A stretch of DNA of 64,000 nucleotides from NCBI GenBank assembly GCA_965261005.1, contig OZ253375.1, forward strand, positions 1,824,001 through 1,888,000. Direction: 5' to 3'. Shown here piece by piece: positions 9,435-20,582 of the stretch. The notes under the pieces were generated by a model that ran no database searches, had not been told where the DNA came from, and saw nothing but the letters and a program-made list of their open reading frames with translations. Numbering within the stretch: the stretch's first letter is position 1; each line of letters begins with the position of its first letter. Source of the DNA: Deinococcus sp. (GTDB lineage: Bacteria > Deinococcota > Deinococci > Deinococcales > Deinococcaceae). The translations under genes and the position numbers were made by a program.

Positions 9435-9481
9435 GACTTGAAAAGGATGGAGCGGGGCGCTGAATACGCGGGGCAAACGCT

Positions 9482-10324
9482 CTACGCGTCTTGGCGCTCG
9501 AACAGCGTGCCGGCCAGCCACAGCAGCAGCCCGGTGAATACGAGGCTGAGCACCAAGAACTCGCCATGAAGGGTCGGAACGGCAACCTCGCTGGAGAAGC
9601 TGCTGCCGACGGTGACGCCCGGCCAGTTCAGATGCAGTTGAAAGAGGCCGTTCAGCAGATACGATCCCAAGACGAGCAGCCCGATGTAGGCTACGAAGTT
9701 CACCAGCAAATCGGCGCGTGGGACCAGGCGGCCCAGCGTGGTGGCGCACATGGCGACGGCGGGCAGCGGCGCGAGGGCAAAGGCGCTCAGCAGCGTGACC
9801 TTGCCCAGCTCGGTCCAGAAGCGCGCGTCCAGCGACAAACTCTGGCCGTTCGCCTGATAGGTCGTGAGCTGGCCGAAGCCGGTGTCCAGCCCGGCGAACA
9901 GCAGCAGGCCGCCCAGCGTCAGCAAACTCAGCAGCACCACCTCGACCCACAGCCACAGGTACTTCGCCAGCAGCACCGCGAAGCCGGAGGCCGGCAGCGA
10001 GCGCAGCAGCGTCTGGGTGTGCTGGGCGTACTCGCTGCGGACCTGCCAAAAGCCCTTGAACAAGGCCCAGAACAGCGGAATGGTGGTGAGAAGGGCGGCC
10101 AGCGGTACGCGCGCCGTCACGCTGGTGTCGGTCACGCCGCTGCCAAGGGGCACCCCCGCCCCGCGCCACGCGATCAGCAGTTGCAGCAAGAAGATGCCCA
10201 GCAGCACGAAGCCCAGAATGGGGGCGTTCTGGCGGGCTTCCTTGGCGAACAGGGCGCCGAGGGTCTGGCCGAAGGAGGGCGGGGCGCTCAAGGGCCGGCT
10301 TTGGGGAACTTCGAGGGCAGTCAC
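9482..10324 (-). CDS. ABC-2-type membrane permease
   Basis: About six TM helices and LLRSLPAS....LLAKY; follows an ABC ATPase. Confidence 0.8.
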   Translation of the reverse strand: MTALEVPQSRPLSAPPSFGQTLGALFAKEARQNAPILGFVLLGIFLLQLLIAWRGAGVPLGSGVTDTSVTARVPLAALLTTIPLFWALFKGFWQVRSEYAQHTQTLLRSLPASGFAVLLAKYLWLWVEVVLLSLLTLGGLLLFAGLDTGFGQLTTYQANGQSLSLDARFWTELGKVTLLSAFALAPLPAVAMCATTLGRLVPRADLLVNFVAYIGLLVLGSYLLNGLFQLHLNWPGVTVGSSFSSEVAVPTLHGEFLVLSLVFTGLLLWLAGTLFERQDA

Positions 10325-11079
10325 GCTCGGTCTCCTTGCTTGATCTCAGCTTGTCTGACTTCATCTTGTCGGGCTTGCATGGCGGCGTCCTTGAGGGCGC
10401 GGTCGATGGACTCGCCCTGGCTGGCCCGGATGGCGTCGGCGTCGCCGGACAGCAAGACCTTGCCACCGTCGAGGACCAGCACCTTGTCGAAGAGGCTCTC
10501 GGCCTCGGAGACTTGGTGGGTGGACAGCACCACCGCCGCGCCCCCCGGAAACTCGCCGACCAGGGCGCGCAGAATCTGTTCGCGGGTGAGGGGGTCAATG
10601 CCGCTGAGGGGTTCGTCGAGCAGGTAGAGCCTCGCCTCGCGGGCCAGCGTGAGCGCCAAGCGCAAGCGGGTGCGGTTTCCCTTCGACAGCGCGCTGAACT
10701 TGGTGCGGCGGTCCACCCGCAAAAAGTCCAGCAGCCGCTCGAAGCGCTCCCGGTTCATGTGAAAGAAGCGCGCGGAAAAGCGGTAGGCGTCCTCGGCGCG
10801 CCACGCGGGATAGAGGTGGTCCACCTCGGGCATGTAGGCGACCTCCAGCTTGCTGCGCGGCCCCGGCGTCAGGCCCAGCACCCGCACCCGGCCCCCGGAC
10901 GGCGTGACCAGCCCGGCCGCCAGCTTGACCAAGGTGCTCTTGCCGCTGCCGTTGACGCCCAGCAGCCCCAGGAATTCCCCGGCGCGCAGCTCGAAGTCGA
11001 ACGGATACAGGGCCTGCTTGAAGCCGTACTTCTTGCTGAGGTTGTCAGCGCTCAGCAGCACCTCGTTTGCGGCGGTCAT
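10321..11079 (-). CDS. ABC transporter ATP-binding protein (YtrB-like)
   Basis: GVNGSGKS, LSKG and LLDEP motifs. Confidence 0.95.
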   Translation of the reverse strand: MTAANEVLLSADNLSKKYGFKQALYPFDFELRAGEFLGLLGVNGSGKSTLVKLAAGLVTPSGGRVRVLGLTPGPRSKLEVAYMPEVDHLYPAWRAEDAYRFSARFFHMNRERFERLLDFLRVDRRTKFSALSKGNRTRLRLALTLAREARLYLLDEPLSGIDPLTREQILRALVGEFPGGAAVVLSTHQVSEAESLFDKVLVLDGGKVLLSGDADAIRASQGESIDRALKDAAMQARQDEVRQAEIKQGDRA

Positions 11080-11489
11080 GTCGTCTCCCTTTCGGCCAGC
11101 TTGTCCAAAAAGGCGGCCTGAATGTCGGCGTCGGACAGGGCCAGGGCGCGCAGCTCGGCGACGGCGCGCGCCACGGCGCCCTCGACCAGCCCCGCCTTGG
11201 CGCTCTGGATGCGTGCCGCGTCTTCAGTGATAAACGACCCCAGGCCGCGCCGGGTCACCAGAAACCCCTCGCGCTCCAACTCCTGATAGGCGCGCGCCAC
11301 CGTGTTGGGGTTGACCATGTGAGCGGCGGCGAACTCGCGGGCGCTAGGCACCTTGTCGCCGGGGGCGAGTTCCCCGCGCGCGGCCCGCCTCACCAAGTCC
11401 TCGGCGAGCTGGGCGTAAATGGGCCTCTCCTTGTCGAGGGGCGCGGGACCCTGCGGGGGCGGCTGGCTGCGGGATGCGGTTTCATGCAC
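11076..11489 (-). CDS. GntR family regulator, YtrA subfamily
   Basis: PIYAQL, PSAREFA and VNPNTVARAYQELE; short C-terminus; GGAGG SD before the GTG. Confidence 0.93.
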   Translation of the reverse strand: MHETASRSQPPPQGPAPLDKERPIYAQLAEDLVRRAARGELAPGDKVPSAREFAAAHMVNPNTVARAYQELEREGFLVTRRGLGSFITEDAARIQSAKAGLVEGAVARAVAELRALALSDADIQAAFLDKLAERETT

Positions 11490-11508
11490 GTCTTCCTCCC
11501 TGAGGGCT

Positions 11509-11538
11509 AGTGTACTAGATAGATAGTACACTCGTCAA
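11509..11538 (-). promoter_or_regulatory. YtrA-type operator overlapping the operon promoter
   Basis: Perfect inverted repeat AGTGTACTA-N6-TAGTACACT (11509-11532), running from just after TTGACG (-35) across TACACT (-10) on the minus strand. Confidence 0.85.
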
Positions 11539-11628
11539 GTAGGCTGGTGCTGCTAGAACGCTTGCCGGAAGGCGGGGCCTCCGCTAGCATGAACGGGCCA
11601 AGCGCGCCGGAAAGGAGGTGGGAAGACC

Positions 11629-11727
11629 GTGCAGATCAGCGTTGTCCAGAGCAAAGAGGGCGAGCCTCCCAGTTACACCTTCAACGTCTTCTCACCTCGG
11701 AGGCTTTCATGCGCCGCCCCAACTTGA
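11629..11727 (+). CDS. Putative 32-aa corA leader peptide MQISVVQSKEGEPPSYTFNVFSPRRLSCAAPT
   Basis: AAGGAGGT SD 9 nt before the GTG; stop lies 19 nt before corA. Confidence 0.5.
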   Translation: MQISVVQSKEGEPPSYTFNVFSPRRLSCAAPT

Positions 11728-11746
11728 ATCTTGTTTGGAACTTCCC

Positions 11747-12679
<933 letters not shown>

Positions 12680-12691
12680 GGCGCGGACATG

Positions 12692-12731
12692 AAAAGAAGG
12701 GCGGCCCACTTGCAAGTGGGCCGCCCTATTC
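12692..12731. terminator. Intrinsic terminator hairpin between convergent genes
   Basis: AGGGCGGCCCACT-TGCA-AGTGGGCCGCCCT with an A-tract on the left. Confidence 0.8.
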
Positions 12732-12740
12732 GCGCTGCTT

Positions 12741-12876
12741 ATACGGATTCCGGAAAGTCTGTCAACAAAGTTGACTGAGTTTCCAGCGGAACGGATAGGA
12801 AAAGGATACGGGTTTCGCGGTCTGGAGCAACATCGGGCGCTGTTGCCGATGTTGAGGAAGGAAGCGGAATCCGTAT
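12741..12876. repeat. Deinococcal small repeat / MITE-like element
   Basis: 12-bp terminal inverted repeats ATACGGATTCCG...CGGAATCCGTAT; internal hairpins GTCAAC-AAA-GTTGAC and CAACATCGG...CCGATGTTG. Confidence 0.8.
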
Positions 12877-14579
12877 TACCGGCCGGTGATGGCCTTGAGG
12901 GGGTTCACCAGGCCGTAGCCGAAGGTGCTGTCCTTGCCTGCCGCGCCAAGGTCGCTGGCGCTGCTTTGCAGCAAGGCGCGCAGCTGCGCGTTGGTGAGGC
13001 CCGGCTTGGCGGCCCACACCGCGGCGGCGGCGGCCGACACGTGCGGGGTCGCCATGCTGGTGCCGTCGAAGTACTCGTAGTCGGCGCCCGTGATCGCGAC
13101 GCTGCCGTTGGTAGGTAGCTTGGTCAGGGTCGCCTGACCGTCCGCCTGGGTGATGCCGACCACCGGAATGCTCTTTTGGTTGGTGAGGGTCATGCCCAGT
13201 TCGCCGGCCACGTTGTTGTAGATCATGGCCGCCACGGCGCCGCTGGCAATGGCGTTGTCGGCTTTTTCCTCGAACGAGCAGATGCCGCGCGCGATCAGGG
13301 CGATCTTGCCGGCAAGGGCCGGGTTGGTCGCGCCGGCGCCGCACAGCTCGTTGTTGCCGCCCGCCGCGACGATGGCGGTGTTGCTGACCGTACCCTTGGC
13401 CGCGAAGTCGGCGGCCAGCACGCCAGAATAGGCCGCGACGTTGCTCGCGCTGGCGCTGGCGGTCAGGCCGACGCCCAGCGGCACGCTGGACAGCACCGCC
13501 ACGCCGGGACCGACCAACTCCTGGTTGGCGCCGAAGTTCGAGAAGGAGGCGAGGTTCGCTTTGTCGTCGATGGCCCCAACCGCCACCACGCTGCCGTAGT
13601 TGGCGGGGTAGCCGATGGCCGCGCCGTCGTTGCCGCTGGCCGCCACAATCAGGGCGCCCTTGGCGTACACGTTGTCGTAGGCGCGCTGCTCGGTCCGGCT
13701 GCCGCCGCTCGATCCCAGCGAGAGGCTGATGACCACGTGAGCCTCGCTGCCGCCCTGGCTCTTCAGTTGGGAAGCGCACCAATTGACGCCGTTGATGATG
13801 CCGCTGCTGGAGCCGCTGCCGTCGTCGCCCAGCACGCGCGCCATGTACAGGTGAACGTCGCCGGCCACCCCGCCGACGCCGTTGGGGTCCATGCCGCTTT
13901 GCAAGCCGCTCGACCCGGTGCCGGCGCCGTACTGCGCGAAGATGGTGCCCGAGACGTGGGTGCCGTGGTGCGACAAGTCGTTGAGGGCGTAAGCGTCGTC
14001 GCGGCCGTCGCCCATGAAGTTCTTGAAGCCGCTCAGCTTCCTCTGGAACTCGGGGTGGCCGGCGTCGATGCCGGTGTCGCCCACGCACACCGCCGCACCC
14101 GCGCCGCTGTAGTTTGAGGCGCGCAATTGCGACACCTTGAGCGCCTGATCGCCCCAGGTGAGTTCGCCGCTGGGCGTCCACAAGACCGTCGTGTTGACGG
14201 TGTTGCCGCCGGGCGCGGGGGCGGGCGCCGGCTTGCCGGTCGCGCCGATGTGGCGCTGACCGAGGGCGTGGCGCAGCAAGTCCTCCTCGACGTACTCGAC
14301 GTTGGGGTTGTGGCGCAAACCGTTCAGGGCGCTGGCGGGCAGCCTCGCCGCGACCACCTCGATTTGCGGCCACTCCTGGGTGATCTGGCCGCCGGCCTGG
14401 GCCACGGCGGCGCGCTGCAAGCCCGCGCCGCGCTTGAAGCCGATCAGGTACTGGCCGGGCACGCTTTGGGCGCTCACTTCTTGATGAAGCGTCCTCTGAT
14501 TGGGCTGGGAAACTTGGCTTCCGCAGCCCGCGAGCGCGAGCGAAAGACCAATGACGGCGATGGCGTGAGATTTTTTCAC
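12876..14579 (-). CDS. S8 subtilisin-like serine protease lipoprotein with I9 propeptide and PA domain
   Basis: LAGC lipobox; DTG, HGTHVSG and GTSMATPHV triad; ALIARGICSFEEK PA domain. Confidence 0.95.
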   Translation of the reverse strand: MKKSHAIAVIGLSLALAGCGSQVSQPNQRTLHQEVSAQSVPGQYLIGFKRGAGLQRAAVAQAGGQITQEWPQIEVVAARLPASALNGLRHNPNVEYVEEDLLRHALGQRHIGATGKPAPAPAPGGNTVNTTVLWTPSGELTWGDQALKVSQLRASNYSGAGAAVCVGDTGIDAGHPEFQRKLSGFKNFMGDGRDDAYALNDLSHHGTHVSGTIFAQYGAGTGSSGLQSGMDPNGVGGVAGDVHLYMARVLGDDGSGSSSGIINGVNWCASQLKSQGGSEAHVVISLSLGSSGGSRTEQRAYDNVYAKGALIVAASGNDGAAIGYPANYGSVVAVGAIDDKANLASFSNFGANQELVGPGVAVLSSVPLGVGLTASASASNVAAYSGVLAADFAAKGTVSNTAIVAAGGNNELCGAGATNPALAGKIALIARGICSFEEKADNAIASGAVAAMIYNNVAGELGMTLTNQKSIPVVGITQADGQATLTKLPTNGSVAITGADYEYFDGTSMATPHVSAAAAAVWAAKPGLTNAQLRALLQSSASDLGAAGKDSTFGYGLVNPLKAITGR

Positions 14580-14698
14580 AAGTCTCCCATAGATGAAAAG
14601 GCCGCCGAACGTTACCTGAGCGCGCCTTTTCGCTTTTTCATCTGACCTTCACGAACTATAACGGACGCGAAAGGTTTATTTATAAGAATTCATGAGAT

Positions 14699-15460
14699 TC
14701 ATAGCCCCAGGTAGGCCCGCCTCACCTCCGGGTTGTCCAGCAGCTCGGCGCTGGGGCCGTGAATGACCAGCTTGCCCTGCTCCAGCACGTAGCTGCGGTC
14801 GGTCACCTTCAGCACCTGGCGCACGTTCTGCTCGACCAGCAGCACGGTCAGGCCGAGTTCGCGCAGCGAGGCGATCACGCGCATCACCTCTTTCACGACC
14901 AGGGGGGCCAGGCCCAAGCTCGGCTCGTCCATCAGCAGCACCTCGGGTTCGCTCATCAGGGCGCGGCCGATGGCGACCATCTGCTGCTCCCCCCCGGAGA
15001 GGGCGGCGGCGGACACGCCCTTTTTCTCGACCAGGCCCGGAAAGAAGTCGTAGACCCGGCGCAAGTTCTCGGCGCGGCGGGCCTTGGTGCGGCCCAGGTA
15101 AGCGCCCATGATCAGGTTCTCCTCAACGCTCATCTGGCCGAACAATTGGCGGCCCATCGGCACGTGCGCCACGCCCATGTCGGTGATGGCGTGGGCCGGC
15201 ACCCCGTTGAGGCTCTTGCCCCGGTAGGTGGCCGTCCCCCCCCGCGCGCGCAGCATGCCCGACAGCACGCGCAGGATGGTGCTCTTGCCGCTGCCGTTGC
15301 CGCCGACCAGCCCGACCAGTTCGCCCTTGCCGACGTGCAGACTCACGCCAAAGACGACCTGCGCCTCACCGTAGGCCACGTCGAGTTCCTGAACGTCGAG
15401 CAGACGTTCAAGCGCCTTCTTCCCCCTTGCGGGGGCTGGGGGGAGGGGGGTACTAGTCAT
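14699..15460 (-). CDS. livF: Branched-chain amino acid-type ABC ATPase
   Basis: GGNGSGKS, LSGGEQQM and DEPSLGLAP. Confidence 0.9.
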   Translation of the reverse strand: MTSTPLPPAPARGKKALERLLDVQELDVAYGEAQVVFGVSLHVGKGELVGLVGGNGSGKSTILRVLSGMLRARGGTATYRGKSLNGVPAHAITDMGVAHVPMGRQLFGQMSVEENLIMGAYLGRTKARRAENLRRVYDFFPGLVEKKGVSAAALSGGEQQMVAIGRALMSEPEVLLMDEPSLGLAPLVVKEVMRVIASLRELGLTVLLVEQNVRQVLKVTDRSYVLEQGKLVIHGPSAELLDNPEVRRAYLGL

Positions 15461-16178
15461 CATCCTCTCCCAGATACGCCGCGATCACCCCGGGGTCACT
15501 CGCCACCTGCGGCGGCGGCCCCTCGCCGATCTTCTCGCCGAAGGCCATGCAGATGACGTGGTCGCTGAGGCTCATGATGACCTGCATGATGTGCTCCACC
15601 ATCACGACGCCGATGCCGCCCTGGGCCAAAGTGCGAATCAGCTCGATCATCTCGGCCTGGGCGGGCGGGTTGAGGCCGGCGACCACCTCGTCGAGAAACA
15701 GCAGCTTGGGTTCGAGCGCCAACGCCTTGGCAAGTTCCAGCCGCCGCCGCCGCGCCAAATTCAGCTCGGCGGCGGGTTGCAGGGCGCGGTCAGCCAGCCC
15801 GACGCGCTCTAGGGTGGCGTAGGCGGCCTCGCGCGCCGCCTTGCCGCGCCTACGCAGGAAGCTGGCGACCAGCACGTTCTCCAGCACGCTGAGATCCTCG
15901 AAGGGCCGCTCCACCTGAAAGGTGCGCGCCACGCCAAGGCGGGCCAACCTCTCCGGCGCGGCGCCGGTCACGTCGCGGCCCAGCAGCTCGACCCGCCCGG
16001 CAGCCGGCTTGACAAAGCCCGACAGCGCGTTAAAGAGGGTCGTCTTGCCGGCCCCGTTCGGCCCGATCAGACCCAGAATCTCCCCCGGCCGCAGCGAGAG
16101 CGAGAGGTCCTTGACCGCCACCAGGCCGCCGAACTGCACCCGGACGTCGCGGGCCTGAAGCAGCGGCGGCGCCGTCAT
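15453..16178 (-). CDS. livG: Branched-chain amino acid-type ABC ATPase
   Basis: FGGLVAV, GPNGAGKTT, ARTFQ and AYLG. Confidence 0.9.
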   Translation of the reverse strand: MTAPPLLQARDVRVQFGGLVAVKDLSLSLRPGEILGLIGPNGAGKTTLFNALSGFVKPAAGRVELLGRDVTGAAPERLARLGVARTFQVERPFEDLSVLENVLVASFLRRRGKAAREAAYATLERVGLADRALQPAAELNLARRRRLELAKALALEPKLLFLDEVVAGLNPPAQAEMIELIRTLAQGGIGVVMVEHIMQVIMSLSDHVICMAFGEKIGEGPPPQVASDPGVIAAYLGEDDD

Positions 16179-17179
16179 CGCGCCTTGCCGAGCATGCGGC
16201 TCTTGCGAGAGAACAGGCCCATGATGCCGCCGGGGGCGAACAGCGTGACGACCACGATCAGGACGCCGTAGATCAGCAAATTGGCCTCGCCGACGTAGCG
16301 CCGGGTCAGCTCGCCCAGCAGCAGCAAGGCGACCGCGCCGATCACGGGTCCCTGGATGCTGGCCCGCCCGCCGATAATGGCGAAGAGGGCGATCTGAATG
16401 GAGAGCGGCAGTTCCAGCAGCGTGTGTGGCTCGAAGGCTTGTAAGTAGATGCCGTACATGGCCCCGCCCAGGGCCGTCAGCGCCGCGCTGATGGCGAAGG
16501 CGACCAGCTTCATGCGGGTGGGGTCAATGCCCAGCGCCCGCGCCGAGTCCTCGTCCTCGCGCACGGCCAGCAGGGCGAAGCCGAGCCTGGAGCGGCGGAT
16601 CAGGTGCGTGATCAGCAGGACCAGGGCCACGAAGCCGAGCGCCAGCCAATACTCGTTGACGCGCTCGAACAGGTCCAGCCCGAAGAACTTCGGCAGGTCC
16701 GGCACGAACAGGCCCTCGGCGCCGCCGGTGACGCCGTTCGGGTCGTTGATGGCGTACAGCCGCAGCAGCAGCGCCACCGCAATGGAGGCCAGCGTGAAGT
16801 AGGCCCCGCGCAGCCGGAAGGTCAGGCCGCCCCAAATGAGCGAGAGCAGCGCCGCGAGGCCCATGCCGGCCAGGGCGCCCCACCACGGCGCGAGGCCGAA
16901 GTTGATCGCCAGCAGCGTCGTGACGTAGGCCCCAACGCCCAGCAGCGCGGCGTGCCCGAAGCTCTCTTGCCCGGCCCAGCCGCCCAAAATGTTCCACGAC
17001 AGCGCCATGCCGGCGAACAGCAGCGTGGAGACGCCCCAGTTGAGGCCCAGCAGCTTGAAGCCCAGCCCGATCAAGAGGGGATACAGCGCCATCAGCGCGA
17101 TCAGGATGACGCTCAGCCAGGTGCTGCCGAAGTTGAGCCTCGGCGCGCGCCCGGAAGCAGGCTCGGCGGTGACCGTCAT
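16175..17179 (-). CDS. livM: Branched-chain amino acid-type ABC permease
   Basis: SFGHAA, RLRGAYF and AVREDEDSARALG. Confidence 0.9.
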   Translation of the reverse strand: MTVTAEPASGRAPRLNFGSTWLSVILIALMALYPLLIGLGFKLLGLNWGVSTLLFAGMALSWNILGGWAGQESFGHAALLGVGAYVTTLLAINFGLAPWWGALAGMGLAALLSLIWGGLTFRLRGAYFTLASIAVALLLRLYAINDPNGVTGGAEGLFVPDLPKFFGLDLFERVNEYWLALGFVALVLLITHLIRRSRLGFALLAVREDEDSARALGIDPTRMKLVAFAISAALTALGGAMYGIYLQAFEPHTLLELPLSIQIALFAIIGGRASIQGPVIGAVALLLLGELTRRYVGEANLLIYGVLIVVVTLFAPGGIMGLFSRKSRMLGKAR

Positions 17180-18072
17180 ACCCGCGTCACCGTCTTGCCG
17201 AAGAGGCCCTCGGGCCGGAACAGCAGCACCAGCAGGAACAGCACCAGCCCAAAGGCGTCGCGCCAAGCGTTCAGGCCCACGCTGCCAATCGTGCCGGTCG
17301 CGCCGATGGTCTCGATCAGGCCCAGGAACAGCCCGCCCAGCACCGCCCCCGACAGGTTGCCGAGGCCGCCCAGCACCGTCACCACGAAGGCCTTGAGAAG
17401 GAAGTTCTCGCCGATGGTCGGGATCACCGAGCCTAAAATGGGCAGCAGCAGAATGCCCGCCAGCAGCGCCAGCGCGACGCCGATGCCAAAGACGATGGCC
17501 CGCACCCGGCCGGTGTCCACGCCCTGTAACTCGGCGCCCAGGGAATTTTGGGCGGTGGCGCGAATGGCCCGGCCCAGCTCGGTGCGGTAGAGGAGCGCGT
17601 TGAGGGCCAGAATGGCAACCAGGGTCACGGCCCCCGCCACCACGAAGGGAATGCTCAGCCGCGCGCCCGCGAAATTGACGGTGGCGATGGCGTAGGGCAC
17701 ATTCACGCTTTGCGGCTGCGCGCCGAAGCCCAGAAACAGCGAGTTGGAAAAGATCAAGCCGAGGCCTAGCGTCGCCAGCAGCGAGGCGTTCCCGAGTCCC
17801 TGCGGCAGGCGCGCCAGAATCAGACGCTCTATGGCGTAGCCCAGCGCGAAGCCCAGCGGCAGGGCGGCCAGAATGCCCAGGTACGGGTCAATATGAAAGC
17901 GGGTCGCCAGAAACAGCGCCAGGAACATGCCCAGCGTCAGGGCGTCCCCGTGCGCGAAGTTCACCACCCGCATCACCCCGAAGATCAGCGACAGGCCCAG
18001 GCCGATCAAACCGTACACGCCGCCGACCAGCAAGCCTTGCAGCAGGGTTTGCAGGGAGAAGTCGAAGGTCAC
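17176..18072 (-). CDS. livH: Branched-chain amino acid-type ABC permease
   Basis: LIFGVMRVVNFAHG, GRAIRA and VLGGLG. Confidence 0.9.
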   Translation of the reverse strand: MTFDFSLQTLLQGLLVGGVYGLIGLGLSLIFGVMRVVNFAHGDALTLGMFLALFLATRFHIDPYLGILAALPLGFALGYAIERLILARLPQGLGNASLLATLGLGLIFSNSLFLGFGAQPQSVNVPYAIATVNFAGARLSIPFVVAGAVTLVAILALNALLYRTELGRAIRATAQNSLGAELQGVDTGRVRAIVFGIGVALALLAGILLLPILGSVIPTIGENFLLKAFVVTVLGGLGNLSGAVLGGLFLGLIETIGATGTIGSVGLNAWRDAFGLVLFLLVLLFRPEGLFGKTVTRV

Positions 18073-18081
18073 GCGCGCTCC

Positions 18082-19239
18082 TTATTTGGGCTTGGGAAAG
18101 ATCAGCTTGCCCTTGGCGGCGGTGGCCGGGGCGACCGTCACAAACTTGCCGCCCTGCACTTGCGTGATCAGGCCCACCACGGCGTTCTGGTTCTAATAAC
18201 CGGCGTAGTTCCTGAATTGCACCGGGCCGAAGGCCGTATTCAGCTTGGTCTTGGCGAGGGCGTCGCGCACCTTCTGAGGATCATTGCTCCCGGCGCGTTT
18301 CACGGCGTCCACCGCCGCCAACATGGCGGCGTAGCTTTGCGCGGCGTGCTGCGAGGGTTCCTCGCCGCCCAGGGCCGCTCTCAGCTTGGTGTAGAGCTTT
18401 TGCGCGCCGGGGTAGGCCACGTCCGAGTTCCAGACCATCACCACGACCACGTTCTCGGCGGCGTCACCGGCCCCCTGAACAAAGCTCGGCAGCGCGAAGC
18501 CGGTGGCGAAGCCCGCGATTAATTTGGGGCTGAGGCCCACCTCTTTCGCTTGGCGCGCGATGGCGACCGAGTCCGACTCGTAGGAGGCGATCAGGAGGGC
18601 GTCGGGGTTCTGCGCCCTAAAGCGGCTCAGCAGCGGGCGGAAGTCGTTGAGACCCGTGTCATAAGTGTCCTGCGCGACAATCTGGTAATCGCCCTTGCCA
18701 AGAATGGCCTTGATGTCGCTCGCCACCGACTTGCCAAAGGCGTCGTTGCTGGTCAGGACCGCGATGGTCTTGATGGGCAGCTTTTGCACCGCGCTCAAGA
18801 GCGAGCGCGAGTACACGCTCGACTGATTGTTGACCCGGAAGGTGTAGGCGTTGCCGGGCTTGGTGATGGTCTCGTCCACGGCGGTCGCCACGATCAGGGG
18901 CACCTTTTGGCGCGCGAGGTACTGCGACAGCGGCTTGGTGATCGAACTGGCGTAGGCGCCAATCACCACCGGCACCCCCTCGTTCACCAGCTTCTCGGCC
19001 GCGCTGAGGGCCTTGTTGGTGTCGCTGGCGTCGTCCTGCAAGTCCAGCTGAACCGGCTCGCCATTGATCCCGCCCGCCGCGTTGACCTCGTCGAGGGCCA
19101 CCTGAAAGCCCGCCCTTTGCATCTTGCCGAAGGTGGCAAAGCGCCCGGTCAGCGAGGTGACGGCGCCGATCTTGACGGTGTCTTGGGCGCTGGCGACGCC
19201 GGAAAGCAGGGCGAGCAGTGCGAGTCTCTTAAAGTTCAT
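18082..19239 (-). pseudogene. LivK/LivJ-like substrate-binding protein with an in-frame TAG at 18193-18195
   Basis: Signal peptide and KIGAVTSLTG...VNAAGGING. The frame continues 36 codons past the TAG (NQNAVVGLITQVQGGKFVTVAP...FPKPK) to a TAA just before the livH SD. Confidence 0.8.
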
Positions 19240-19327
19240 ACGATCCTCCTGGAACCCGCTGCGGCAAGGGGCCAATGACGGCGACACGCGCATGCTATAG
19301 GCAACGCGCGGGCAGGTAAAGGGCCGG

Positions 19328-19621
19328 TCAGCCCGCCGTCCCCTGGTTGCCCTCGACCACCGTCAGCGAGCGCAGCGTTTTTCCTTGGTGCCAGCCAAAC
19401 TGCGGGGCGCGAAAACCCAGCGCGTCGGCCACGGCCCGTGCCTGCTCCTGGGTCGGCTCACCCTCCAACTGAAACAGCAAGACCTTGTCGCCGCCCGGCC
19501 CGACGCGCACGAACAAATCCTGGCCGAGTTCGAGCTGCTGGGTGCGTTCCAGATCGCGCGCCCGGCGCTGGGCGTGGCGCAGCGCGTCGCGAATCTTGAC
19601 GGTGACGGTGGGGTGGGACAT
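19328..19621 (-). CDS. Conserved hypothetical protein
   Basis: 97-aa ORF with an AGAAGG SD, 2 nt after the TetR stop; host-like codon usage. Confidence 0.7.
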   Translation of the reverse strand: MSHPTVTVKIRDALRHAQRRARDLERTQQLELGQDLFVRVGPGGDKVLLFQLEGEPTQEQARAVADALGFRAPQFGWHQGKTLRSLTVVEGNQGTAG

Positions 19622-19623
19622 GG

Positions 19624-20202
19624 CTACCTTCTCAGGCCCTCCAGCAGCAGGTCGGTGTACTGGTCGGCGATTTGGCGCGCGCTGAGGGGGCCGCCCGCCT
19701 TGTACCAGGTATAGGTCCAGTTGACCGCGCTCAGCAGCAAATTGGCGGTCATCTTGACGTCGAGGTGCGCCTTAAAGGCGCCCTGCTCGATCCCCTCGCG
19801 CACCAGGTCGCGGTAAAGGGCGTCAATGGTGTCGCGCCAAGCGGTCACCTTGTCGTACGCCTGCGGCGAAAGGTGCTTCCACTCGTGAAAAAAGACCGTT
19901 GCGCTCTCCAGATTCTGGGCCACCACCTCGATGTGGCGCCGCATCGCCTCGCGCAGCTTCTGCTCGGGCGTCAAATCGGCCGCCCTGAGCGGCAGCAGGG
20001 CGTCGTCGAACTGCTGGGCGGCCTGATCCACCAATTCGATCAGCAGCTCCTCCTTGCCGCTGATGTGCGCGTAGAGGCTGCCACCTTGCATGCCCAGCGC
20101 CGAGGCGAGGTCGCGCATGCTGGTCGCGTGGTAGCCGCGCTCGGAAAACAGCGCCCCCGCCACCTGATAAATCTGATCGCGGCGGCTCTTGGGCTGCGTC
20201 AC
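19624..20202 (-). CDS. TetR/AcrR family regulator (PaaR/KstR2-like)
   Basis: [16 protein letters not shown]...[16 protein letters not shown] and NWTYTWY C-domain. Confidence 0.92.
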   Translation of the reverse strand: MTQPKSRRDQIYQVAGALFSERGYHATSMRDLASALGMQGGSLYAHISGKEELLIELVDQAAQQFDDALLPLRAADLTPEQKLREAMRRHIEVVAQNLESATVFFHEWKHLSPQAYDKVTAWRDTIDALYRDLVREGIEQGAFKAHLDVKMTANLLLSAVNWTYTWYKAGGPLSARQIADQYTDLLLEGLRR

Positions 20203-20322
20203 GCCGCACCCCGAACCAAACGAACGCTCATCAGGGGAGTGTATCAGCAACGCTAAGTGAGCGTGGCGGCCCCTTGAGCGCCCTCACACCCCCGGACGCG
20301 CCGTTTGCGCTTAACTCGCAGC

Positions 20323-20511
20323 ATGACCGACGATAAGAAGAATCAAGCCGAGCAGATGCAGCAAGGGTACGAGCGGCAGCAGCGCGACTATGAGGGGGGC
20401 GGCGCGAACCCCGCCGGCGGCGCCGGCAGCACCTCCACCCCAGGAAACCCCGGCGTGAACGACGAGGTGCGCGAGGAGCGAGACGAATCGGCGGGGGCGG
20501 CCGATCAGTAG
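20323..20511 (+). CDS. Small acidic Gly-rich hydrophilic protein
   Basis: 62 aa of low-complexity D/E/G/Q sequence. Confidence 0.7.
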   Translation: MTDDKKNQAEQMQQGYERQQRDYEGGGANPAGGAGSTSTPGNPGVNDEVREERDESAGAADQ

Positions 20512-20582
20512 AGTCCCTTCTCCAAAGGCAACTTCAGTCTCCCGACATCCGCCGCCGCCATCAGACGTTTAGCTTGTCAGGC

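Noticed and set aside
18193..18195. Genome-wide amber recoding or pyrrolysine read-through
   Set aside because: Many intact genes here end properly at TAG (corA, dnaE, the flavin-binding protein), and there are no pyl genes or suppressor tRNA in the window
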